Of a stretch of 64,000 nt of DNA, positions 48,871-57,462 are shown one piece after another (position 1 is the first letter of the stretch; each line of letters begins with the position of its first letter). This DNA comes from Candidatus Omnitrophota bacterium (lineage in GTDB: Bacteria; Omnitrophota; Gorgyraeia; Zapsychrales; Zapsychraceae). Both the position numbers and the translations under genes were made by a program. Under the pieces are notes generated by a model that saw nothing but the letters and a program-made list of their open reading frames with translations, was not told where the DNA came from and ran no database searches. The stretch lies in assembly GCA_050250375.1 (NCBI GenBank), contig JBFWOS010000001.1, positions 407,090 through 471,089 on the forward strand, written 5' to 3'.

Positions 48871-50251
48871 TATTCTGATTAGTTTGCTTATACCCCTTTG
48901 CTTTGGGTATTTAATCTTACTTAAATTATGTAAGTTTAGATTGCCATTGCCTCTTGAACTATCCATTGGATTTGGAACTGGATTTGGACTGTTATCCATT
49001 TGGATGTTGTGCTTAGATATTCTTAATCTTCCGTTCAACCGCACGAACATTAGCGCACCAATATTGATCTTATCTTGTGTTCTTGCAATAAATGTAATGA
49101 AAAGCAAGAAAAACAAAGAAAAACCTCTCCTGTTTAACCAAGAAACTCCGATTACCAATCAATTATCTGATTTTTTTCAAATTACGATTATGGGCATTCT
49201 AATTACATATATCCTATTGAATATTTTCTATGTATATTGGAGAGCGTTGACGTTTCCTGTATACTGCTGGGATGAAATCTCAACTATTGCGTTTAAGGCC
49301 AAAGTTTTCTTCCACGAAAAATCTATCCCCGAATTGAACTTACTTCCCCATCAATCATATCCGCTTTTAACTCCTCTAGTCGAGTCTTGGACAGCTTTTA
49401 ACTTAGGCTATTGGAATGACAGTTTAATTAAGATAATTTTTCCTTTAATTTTCTCAGCGTACTTATGCACTCATTATTATTTCCTTTGTCTCAATACGAA
49501 TCGACGGTGGGCTATTTGGGGGGTAGCATTATTGCTCTCAAGCAACTTCTTTTTATTTCACGCAACAATCGCCTATCGAGATTTCATTCTCATGTATTAT
49601 ACGTGTTCAGCGATTATCTTGTTGTTGTTCTGGCGGCAAACTCGTTGCAATTCATTTCTTTTCCTATCGTCGCTATTCTCAGGATTTGCAACATTTACAA
49701 AACTTGAAGGAACAGCCTACATGTTAATCTTTCTGATTATTTTTCTAATAATAGAAGTTAAAAATCAAACGATCAAGGCAACCAGAAGAATTAAAAACGC
49801 ACTTATTTTCACAATTCCAAGTTTATCCTTAGCATCCTTATTTCATTTATATAAAATATTCCATAATGCCGAAAAAGATGGTCTCGGTCACATAGACAAA
49901 ACTCATTTTGAAGTTTCTTTTGATAAAGCCTCACTGACACCCCAAATCCTCAGCAGCTTTTCTGAAAATCTATTCCTTTCAGGCAATTGGAACCTGCTAT
50001 GGGGCGCTTTACTTATCACTCTTCTACTGTCCTTAAGAAGGCCAAAAACGTTTGAATCTAATATACTATTAACCAGTTTATTTTTATTTTTTGGGCTGCA
50101 TACCTGTGTCGCCGCCTTCTCTTCAAATTTCATCTGGATTGCTGGGGAATTAAATACCACCACGTTATCTAGACTAATCCTGCACTTCTTTCCGTTGGCA
50201 GTTTTGGCGATTATTCTAATCAATTTTTCTTTATTGAAAGACAGTGATTAG
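48854..50251 (+). CDS. GT-C-fold membrane glycosyltransferase B3
   Basis: YCWDEI...KAKVF, SYPLL, LGYWND, AYRD, KLEG, GNW, LSRLILHFFP. Confidence 0.7.
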   Translation: MILISNILISLLIPLCFGYLILLKLCKFRLPLPLELSIGFGTGFGLLSIWMLCLDILNLPFNRTNISAPILILSCVLAINVMKSKKNKEKPLLFNQETPITNQLSDFFQITIMGILITYILLNIFYVYWRALTFPVYCWDEISTIAFKAKVFFHEKSIPELNLLPHQSYPLLTPLVESWTAFNLGYWNDSLIKIIFPLIFSAYLCTHYYFLCLNTNRRWAIWGVALLLSSNFFLFHATIAYRDFILMYYTCSAIILLLFWRQTRCNSFLFLSSLFSGFATFTKLEGTAYMLIFLIIFLIIEVKNQTIKATRRIKNALIFTIPSLSLASLFHLYKIFHNAEKDGLGHIDKTHFEVSFDKASLTPQILSSFSENLFLSGNWNLLWGALLITLLLSLRRPKTFESNILLTSLFLFFGLHTCVAAFSSNFIWIAGELNTTTLSRLILHFFPLAVLAIILINFSLLKDSD

Positions 50252-51030
50252 GTTGTTTTTTGAAGTTCAATTTTACAAAACATTCCCACCCACGAATTTA
50301 AAGGTGAAATTAGGACTTCAAGAAATTTAACCAAAGGATATGTGCATGACGGCACAAGTTGTCTCATTGAGACGCCACCACTGAGCAAATATCGAATAGG
50401 TGTATGATTTTGGTATGATTTAATCTTAAGAGAAGGATACTCTTGTTGAAATTTGGCGCGATCCCTAAAAAATATTATCCACGGGAGTGCTCCATTGGCA
50501 TCTGACATCGGGCCATCACCTTCAATATTCCACCCGGAGGCCGGATCAAATTGCTCGTGATGGAAATTCTGAAACACGAATCTGCTCCATATCGTATTCG
50601 CCGGCTCAATCATAACAATTCTTCCATTGACTTTAAGACAGCGGTCCATTTCGGTTAAAATTCTTCGAGGATTCTTTATGTGATGCAAAACATCAATCAT
50701 TAGAAATGCATCGACACTATTATTTCCAAACGGCATCGCCTCAGCGGAGAAACAAAGATCAATCCCCTTTAAATCAAGTACATCTGAGGTGAAAACTTTT
50801 GGATTGATTTCCTTTATAAACCCGCCCCCACTTCCTAATTCTATAAACTTTCCGTTAGGGAATTGTTGAATAATTTTCTTAAATATCAGATAATTTTCAT
50901 TATAGATTTTCGTTAGAAAGGGTTTATTTTTGATAATACGGGAATGTAATTCAGTGGTACGTGGATCATCCAGACTTGTTATCGTATCAACTTCTGGGAG
51001 TTTCAACCATTTTTTTAGGTGTTCAATCAT
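50248..51030 (-). CDS. Class I SAM-dependent methyltransferase
   Basis: IELGSGGG, SAEAMPF, DVLHHI, GRIVMIEP. Confidence 0.88.
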   Translation of the reverse strand: MIEHLKKWLKLPEVDTITSLDDPRTTELHSRIIKNKPFLTKIYNENYLIFKKIIQQFPNGKFIELGSGGGFIKEINPKVFTSDVLDLKGIDLCFSAEAMPFGNNSVDAFLMIDVLHHIKNPRRILTEMDRCLKVNGRIVMIEPANTIWSRFVFQNFHHEQFDPASGWNIEGDGPMSDANGALPWIIFFRDRAKFQQEYPSLKIKSYQNHTPIRYLLSGGVSMRQLVPSCTYPLVKFLEVLISPLNSWVGMFCKIELQKTT

Positions 51031-51098
51031 TACTTTATTATTGCTGTAGCTGGTTTTGTCAAGGACAACATTCTTGTTAATGCATAATATGTGAAAGA

Positions 51099-51833
51099 TT
51101 AATTCCCTTTCTTTTCAGCCGTTATATATAGTGAACCCGAAATCTCCTTAAGCAAGGCTGCCTTTTCCAAGACATTACCGAACTTGGAGACAATAGGAAT
51201 CAAGACTTCTGGTGTTAAGGGATGCAGAAAATCAAACGGTTGGATTCTAATATTTGTAAAATGACACTTTTCCAATAACCCTAATAATTGCCACCGCGAG
51301 AAAGCTGTTTCATCAGGGCTTACTCGCGCCAGCTTTCGAATAAATTTAAAACTTCGCTCCAAGAAAATTTGCGGATTCAATATATTGGGTTCAGTAAAAG
51401 AAATACCCCCTCCAGGTTTAAGAACCCGGTGGCATTCTATTAAAGCCTTTTCAATGTCCAAATGATGTAGAACCGAACTCCCTATAACAGCATCAAATTC
51501 CGCATCCCTATAAGACAATTCATAGGCGTTTTCAAGTTTAAAAGTGACATTTGAAGAAGTCACACGGTTCCGGGCGACCTCCAGAAGATCCGGTGAAATA
51601 TCATTTGCGATTATGTTCGCGCCGCTTTGCGCCAAATATTCTGTGAAATATCCAACACCACATCCCAATTCTAACACCGTCATACCTTTCAAAATATGCC
51701 TGGTGAGCATTTCAACACGTCTTTGTCTACGAATCTGTCCAGCTGGAGTTTCCCAATACCATAAGGTACCAGACCAGGATTCTTTCAATAGTTTTCCATG
51801 TTCAATTTCATTCTTAATGCGCTGATCAGACAT
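51099..51833 (-). CDS. Class I SAM-dependent methyltransferase
   Basis: VLELGCGVG, DISPDLL, SSVLHHL, HRVLKPGG...EPN. Confidence 0.9.
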   Translation of the reverse strand: MSDQRIKNEIEHGKLLKESWSGTLWYWETPAGQIRRQRRVEMLTRHILKGMTVLELGCGVGYFTEYLAQSGANIIANDISPDLLEVARNRVTSSNVTFKLENAYELSYRDAEFDAVIGSSVLHHLDIEKALIECHRVLKPGGGISFTEPNILNPQIFLERSFKFIRKLARVSPDETAFSRWQLLGLLEKCHFTNIRIQPFDFLHPLTPEVLIPIVSKFGNVLEKAALLKEISGSLYITAEKKGN

Positions 51834-51840
51834 GGCAGGA

Positions 51841-53274
51841 CTAATCTTCTCTTTTAATATAGAATTCTCGGCGGGGAACCAAAATAAGTTCTCTAAATCC
51901 TCTTATACACGCTGCCAGCAAATGCATACCGTGCTTGAAAGATCTCATTTTTGATTCTCCGGAAACCCGTGATTTATAATGAACCGGGACTTCCATGATT
52001 TTACTTCCCAGTTTAGCAGCTCCAAATAACAGGTCAAAATCTCCCCACTTGTCTTTTCCCCACTTTATGCGTTTGAAATCTTTCTTATAAAGAGCTTTCG
52101 TTCCGCAAAGTGTATCTGTCAGATTCTGTTGAGTAATAAAACTCATAATCCAACCAAAAATTTTATTCCCGAATAAATTAATCATACGCATAGCCTGGTC
52201 TTCCATCGGATAGACAAGTCGTGTCCCATTCACAAATTGACAGAGCCCTTTGTTTAATGGGTTAAAAAATCGTGGGAGCTCTTCAGGCGGAGTTGAAATA
52301 TCGGCATCCAAGATCATGATTATTTCTTCCTCCGCAGCATCAAATCCGGCCTTAACAGCCTGGCCTTTCCCGCGATTCGGGCTATAATCAATTAGTTTTA
52401 AATTCGGAAATTCAGCCTGCAAGGACCGGACTTTAGCCGCTGTTCCGTCTTTACTTCCGTCATTGACAACAACAATCTCCGTTCGTTTACCCATATGAGG
52501 TACCCGTCGAATAGCATCCTCAATATTCCCTTCTTCATTATAACAAGGGATGATGACGGAACATCCACATCCCAAATCCGTTTTATTTTCAGGCTCAGGT
52601 TGGATCGTAAGATACTGGGTTGAAGAAAGCAAACTGAATGGCCATAACCGGATTCCTACCGAATTGGCTAAATATGATAAAAACGGAATATATTTTGGAA
52701 AAAGCAACAAGTGTCCATAATAACTGACAGAAAAATCCATTAACTCTATAACTTTAAAGAGACTGCGCCGTTCAATAAAGTTATGCGGACCTTCCGGCAT
52801 CTTTGCATTGATTTTTTCCATGAACATCAGGATCGGGTCCCACCATGGATTAATCGTTGTGAGAAAAATCTTGGTCGTTGGTTTACAAAACTTGTAGGCA
52901 CTTCGGAATACATCCATGACATCGTATACATGATCAACGATATCGACCATAATAATATAGTCAAACTTTTCATCCAAGTTAAAATCTTCCACCGGTGAAT
53001 GAATAAATTCATACTGGGGGAATTTCTTTCTGGCAACCTTGAGCATTTCTTCACTGAGATCCACCCCAACCCCCCTTGAAGGCTCCATATATGCCAAGAT
53101 TTCTCCCGTACCGCATCCAAATTCAAGAACGGAACTTCCTTTGGGAATCATCTGTGAAATAAAAGCCTTAAGGGTATTGTAATAATACGCATTTTTTTGC
53201 TTCCAATAGTCGTAATTCGGGGCAATTTTATCAAAATGTTGCCGGACTTCATCTTTGGTCATTATAGGTGTCAT
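51841..53274 (-). CDS. Methyltransferase-GT2 (DPM1-like polyprenol-phosphate glycosyltransferase) fusion
   Basis: N-domain VLEFGCGTG; C-domain SVIIPCYNEE, VVNDGSKDGT, NRGKG, ILDAD, TDTLCGTKA, EVPVHY..R..GESK. Confidence 0.9.
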   Translation of the reverse strand: MTPIMTKDEVRQHFDKIAPNYDYWKQKNAYYYNTLKAFISQMIPKGSSVLEFGCGTGEILAYMEPSRGVGVDLSEEMLKVARKKFPQYEFIHSPVEDFNLDEKFDYIIMVDIVDHVYDVMDVFRSAYKFCKPTTKIFLTTINPWWDPILMFMEKINAKMPEGPHNFIERRSLFKVIELMDFSVSYYGHLLLFPKYIPFLSYLANSVGIRLWPFSLLSSTQYLTIQPEPENKTDLGCGCSVIIPCYNEEGNIEDAIRRVPHMGKRTEIVVVNDGSKDGTAAKVRSLQAEFPNLKLIDYSPNRGKGQAVKAGFDAAEEEIIMILDADISTPPEELPRFFNPLNKGLCQFVNGTRLVYPMEDQAMRMINLFGNKIFGWIMSFITQQNLTDTLCGTKALYKKDFKRIKWGKDKWGDFDLLFGAAKLGSKIMEVPVHYKSRVSGESKMRSFKHGMHLLAACIRGFRELILVPRREFYIKRED

Positions 53275-53283
53275 ATTCGATCC

Positions 53284-54072
53284 TTACCGTCTATCCCGTA
53301 ATTTTGCCAACAATCTTAAAATTTCAATATAAAGCCATATAAGAGTTACCACCAGCCCGAAAGCCCCATACCACTCCATAAATTTTGGCAACCCGTTTCT
53401 TGAACCGTTCTCAATAAAATCAAAATCCAAAACTAAATTTAAAGCGGCAATGGTTACTACAACCAAACTGAATCCAATCCCTATGGGACCGCTTCCACGC
53501 ATGCTTGAAAACAAGTTTGATCCAAATAAACTGGCGATAAATACAACTAAATAAAATAAAGCAATCGCTCCGGTTGCCGCAATAATTCCCATTCGAAACT
53601 TGTGTGTCACCTTGATAAGTCCAGATTTATAGATAAGAAGCAAGGAGAATAAGGTCCCAAACGTCAATCCCACCGCCTGAATGACCAGTCCGGGATACTG
53701 AAGTTCAAAAAAAGCAGATATGCCGCCTATGGCGAGTCCCTCAAGTAATGCGTAAACAGGGGCTGTCACCGGAGACCATTCTCTCTTAAAACAGGTAATC
53801 AAGGCCACAATAAACCCGCCTATAATTCCGGCCATCATCGCCGTCATTACAACCCCCGGAACTTGGGCAGCGGCACCATCGGGCGCGCCTTCCAGAATCG
53901 GTGAAACATAAGAAGAAATTTTTCCCCACACCCACGTTGCACTCAACATCAATAACCCCAATAGGACAAATGTCTTATTCACGGTTCCTTGGATGGTCAT
54001 ACTTTGCCCCACACCAAAATTTCCGGACTGTTCAAAAGCCCGACTATTTAATACTGGATTTGAAGTTCTCAT
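53284..54072 (-). CDS. Bax inhibitor-1/YccA family membrane protein
   Basis: SNP N-terminus, MTIQGTVNKT, NLVLDFDFIE, EWYGAFGLVVTLIWLYIEILRLL. Confidence 0.9.
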   Translation of the reverse strand: MRTSNPVLNSRAFEQSGNFGVGQSMTIQGTVNKTFVLLGLLMLSATWVWGKISSYVSPILEGAPDGAAAQVPGVVMTAMMAGIIGGFIVALITCFKREWSPVTAPVYALLEGLAIGGISAFFELQYPGLVIQAVGLTFGTLFSLLLIYKSGLIKVTHKFRMGIIAATGAIALFYLVVFIASLFGSNLFSSMRGSGPIGIGFSLVVVTIAALNLVLDFDFIENGSRNGLPKFMEWYGAFGLVVTLIWLYIEILRLLAKLRDRR

Positions 54073-54088
54073 TCTAATACTCCTCTCT

Positions 54089-54544
54089 TTAAATTATCCC
54101 GGCCCAGCGGATAGCGATATGCATAATGATATTAGTGTAGATCCCGGCGACAATGTCATCCATCATGATCCCCAGACCGCCTTCAAATTTCTCAAACTCA
54201 TTGACCGGATAAAGTTTGAACATATCCAGCGCTCTGAATAAAAAGAACGCGGTTATTAGCACCGGCCATTTCAAGGGGAGAAGAAAAAATGACAACATGA
54301 TTCCGGATATTTCGTCAATAACCACGCAGGAAGGATCTTTGCGCCCCAAGATATCTTCCATTGGACCGCTAACCAAAAGTCCGATAACAGTAACGCCGGC
54401 TAAAACCACCAGATAGAAAAGAATCGATTTGGACAAAATGATGCACAACAAGGCACCAGCCAGGCTGGCCAATGTTCCCGGCGCCAGCGGTACGTTCCCA
54501 ATATAAAAAAATGTGGATATTAACCTAATAAAACTGCTGGTCAT
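54089..54544 (-). CDS. pgpA: Phosphatidylglycerophosphatase A
   Basis: PLAPGTLAS, KDPSCVVIDE, FFLFRALD, GIMMDDIVAG. Confidence 0.95.
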   Translation of the reverse strand: MTSSFIRLISTFFYIGNVPLAPGTLASLAGALLCIILSKSILFYLVVLAGVTVIGLLVSGPMEDILGRKDPSCVVIDEISGIMLSFFLLPLKWPVLITAFFLFRALDMFKLYPVNEFEKFEGGLGIMMDDIVAGIYTNIIMHIAIRWAGII

Positions 54545-55128
54545 GATACTCTGAATACTTTTTTGTTATTCATGTAATAGGATACCCCGGAGGCCAAAGT
54601 CATCAAGACTGCAACAAGAACAAGAAAATCGATAACATCATTCCATCGACTGATTGTCACGTCAGACCAGTTATCCGTAAAGCTAGCGGAACGAAGCACA
54701 ACATAAATGAGTATAAATCCCGATGCAATAAATTGTGAGACTGTTTTATACTTCCCGAACTGCTCGGCCGAAAGAACATATCCTTTTGTTTTGGCATAAA
54801 GCCGCATAAAAGTTATAAGCACCTCACGGCCAAAAATAATCAGAAAGACATAAACAGGAACAATGCCTATTTTAACAAAAACCAGAAAAGCCGAAAGCAT
54901 AAGAAATTTATCCGCAATCGGATCCATAATTTTTCCAAAATCGGAAATCAAATTATGTTTTTTGGCCATATAGCCGTCATAATAATCGGTGAATGAGGCC
55001 AAAAAAAATATTATCGCTCCAACAAGTTTAAAGAAAAAGCCATCTGCCATCATTAACAAAATAAAGAAAAACGTAAGCACGATTCTAGATAAAGTTAATG
55101 TGTTGGGTGTTAAAAACACGTGTTTCAT
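54541..55128 (-). CDS. pgsA: CDP-diacylglycerol-glycerol-3-phosphate phosphatidyltransferase
   Basis: PNTLTLSR, TDYYDGYMAK...FGKIMDPIADK, GKYKT..Q. Confidence 0.95.
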   Translation of the reverse strand: MKHVFLTPNTLTLSRIVLTFFFILLMMADGFFFKLVGAIIFFLASFTDYYDGYMAKKHNLISDFGKIMDPIADKFLMLSAFLVFVKIGIVPVYVFLIIFGREVLITFMRLYAKTKGYVLSAEQFGKYKTVSQFIASGFILIYVVLRSASFTDNWSDVTISRWNDVIDFLVLVAVLMTLASGVSYYMNNKKVFRVS

Positions 55129-56435
55129 ATCACCTCTCCTGATAAGTCATACGCCAATGCGTCGGTTATTTTGACTTGGACAAATTCTCCGGCTTTTAAC
55201 GGCTTCTGACTTCGAACGAAGACCACGCCATCTACATCCGGGGCATCATATTCACTTCGACCGATATAAGCATTGTCTTCATTTTCTTGTTTCTCATCAA
55301 TCAATACTTTAAGTATCCGCCCAATAAAATTTTCCTGTATTTCCTGGGAGATGGTTTGCTGGATTCTCATTAATTCATTCATGCGTTGTTTTTTTAGTTT
55401 ATCCGGAATTTGTTTAGGCATGCCCGCGGCAAGAGTGCCTTCTTCTTTTGAGTATAAAAATGTCCCAAGCTTTTCAAATCTTGTATTACTTACGAAATCG
55501 ACTAGATCGGTGAAATCCTGGTCTGTTTCACCAGGCAGTCCAAGGATAAAGGTAGTCCGTAAACTGCCGCTTGGCATTTGTTTACGAAATTTCTCCATCA
55601 GTTCAATCGTTCCCTGACGTGTTATATTCCGGTTCATTTCAGTGAGGATATGGTCACTTATATGCTGCAAGGGAATATCGATATATTTACAAATCTTTTC
55701 TTCCCGGGCCATGACATCAATCAATTCATCCGTCACATGGGCGGGAAAAGCATACAACAATCGAATCCATTGTATATTTTTTGTGACTTTGACAATCTCC
55801 TTAAGCAATTTTGCTAAACTTAACTCATGATACAGATCCATTCCGTACGCCGTAATATCTTGACCAATCAGATTGATTTCGACAACCCCCTGCTGATCAA
55901 GCCGTTTAATTTCGTCCAGGACAGATTCAATCGTGCGCGAGACAAATTTACCTTTCAGTTTTGGGATGATACAAAAGCTGCACTTATTATAACAACTCTC
56001 GCTGATCTTGACATAGGCAAAATGTTTTGGCGTAAGCAAATGGCTAGACGGTATGTCGTTGCGGTCTAATTTTTGAGTTCCGATAATCGCATCTATGCCT
56101 TTGAATTCCTCGCTTAATTCTTTATGGTAACGTTGGGCCAAGCACCCGGCAACAATAACTTTCTTTATCTTACCCTTCTTTTTCAATTCCAATAGATCGA
56201 TGATCGTATCAATTGATTCCTGTTTAGCCTCATCAATAAATGCACATGTATTCACTATCGCGATCTCAGAGTCATCAAAATCAACAATCCGGTGCCCTTT
56301 GCGTTTCAAATTACTTAATATCGTCTGAGAATCAACCAAATTACGGGCACACCCAAGATTAATGATTCCAACGTTCTTTCCTTGGGATTGGCGTTCTTTG
56401 TTAAAGTCTTTGGTTGTTTTTGTAGAATTTATCAT
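55125..56435 (-). CDS. rimO: Ribosomal protein S12 methylthiotransferase
   Basis: LGCARNLVDS, VNTCAFI, CYNKCSFC radical-SAM motif, GRSEYDAPDVDG (TRAM). Confidence 0.93.
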   Translation of the reverse strand: MINSTKTTKDFNKERQSQGKNVGIINLGCARNLVDSQTILSNLKRKGHRIVDFDDSEIAIVNTCAFIDEAKQESIDTIIDLLELKKKGKIKKVIVAGCLAQRYHKELSEEFKGIDAIIGTQKLDRNDIPSSHLLTPKHFAYVKISESCYNKCSFCIIPKLKGKFVSRTIESVLDEIKRLDQQGVVEINLIGQDITAYGMDLYHELSLAKLLKEIVKVTKNIQWIRLLYAFPAHVTDELIDVMAREEKICKYIDIPLQHISDHILTEMNRNITRQGTIELMEKFRKQMPSGSLRTTFILGLPGETDQDFTDLVDFVSNTRFEKLGTFLYSKEEGTLAAGMPKQIPDKLKKQRMNELMRIQQTISQEIQENFIGRILKVLIDEKQENEDNAYIGRSEYDAPDVDGVVFVRSQKPLKAGEFVQVKITDALAYDLSGEVI

Positions 56436-56475
56436 TATTAATTATTCTTCGTTTACCAAAATACGATCAAATCGA

Positions 56476-57462
56476 TCAATTCGTCACCGACAATCCATCT
56501 TTAGTAATTGTCACACTCTTGGCCTTCCGGTTTTTCCGGCCAAGTGCGCCAATTAACTTTCCGTTAACTTCAAATTCCAAATTTATAATATTTTTCCCGG
56601 TTATGACTATTTCCTTATCAGCATCCCAGGATTCAACAGAACCCTTATTTAAGGTTGACTGAAACACTATTTTCTCGTCAGCCTTAACTCTTAGCCAGCT
56701 GTCTTTCTGAGCCCGGATCGTCAATCTCACCTCTTTTTGTACAGGCTGTACGATTGGAATCACGGTCGGTTGTTTCTTGACAGCCACTTCAGGTTTCGGT
56801 TGCGGGGTCGGGACAACAGAAGTGGTAACAACAGGTTTCTCCACCTTAGGTTTAACCTCAATCTCACGAACTTTAGATTCAACTTTTTCCGCATCAATTG
56901 TATGAACTGACTTATTTATAATGTTTTCTTTTTTAACCGTTTGTTTTTTAGGTTTATTCCTCAAAGACTGGGATATAAAGACTATAACTTTGAAAAAAAT
57001 AAACAATACTATAAATATCCCGATAATGGCGGCTATCTGTTTTTTTCGTTGATGGGTCAGATATTTCTTAAGCGCTTGTTTAATATTAAATTCAAAATCT
57101 GTATCAACCTCTTGCTTAACAACCTTAGGCAGCTCCTCCTTATGATACTCTTCAATCACTTCCGTGACGTCTATGTTCAGATAACCTGCATAAATTTTGA
57201 GAAAGCCCTTAATATAAAATGGTGATAAAGTCCGAATCGTGTACCCTTCTTCTATAGCTTTTAGGGCATCTAACGGAATCTTGGTCGCCTCATGAACAGC
57301 TTCAAGACTTAACCCCTTTTCAATCCTTGTATTCTTCAAGAGTACCCCTTTTCTTACAGGACTCTCTTGGACCGATGGGTTTTGATTTCTTTTATCCGGC
57401 CCCTTATCTTTGTTCTCAGATTCTTCCATTTCTACCTCGACTTCTTGATTGCCGTCATTCAT
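56476..57462 (-). CDS. rodZ: RodZ-like HTH/TM/DUF4115 protein
   Basis: HTH (GLSLEAVHEATKI...YIKGFLKIYAGYL), TM, Pro-rich linker, C-terminal DSWLRVKAD; ftsK-rodZ-rimO synteny. Confidence 0.85.
   Translation of the reverse strand: MNDGNQEVEVEMEESENKDKGPDKRNQNPSVQESPVRKGVLLKNTRIEKGLSLEAVHEATKIPLDALKAIEEGYTIRTLSPFYIKGFLKIYAGYLNIDVTEVIEEYHKEELPKVVKQEVDTDFEFNIKQALKKYLTHQRKKQIAAIIGIFIVLFIFFKVIVFISQSLRNKPKKQTVKKENIINKSVHTIDAEKVESKVREIEVKPKVEKPVVTTSVVPTPQPKPEVAVKKQPTVIPIVQPVQKEVRLTIRAQKDSWLRVKADEKIVFQSTLNKGSVESWDADKEIVITGKNIINLEFEVNGKLIGALGRKNRKAKSVTITKDGLSVTN

Noticed and set aside
42766-50251. Tandem modules as an assembly artefact, CRISPR-like or DGR repeats
   Set aside because: The copies are highly diverged at protein level with no long identical DNA repeats; no reverse transcriptase or cas genes.
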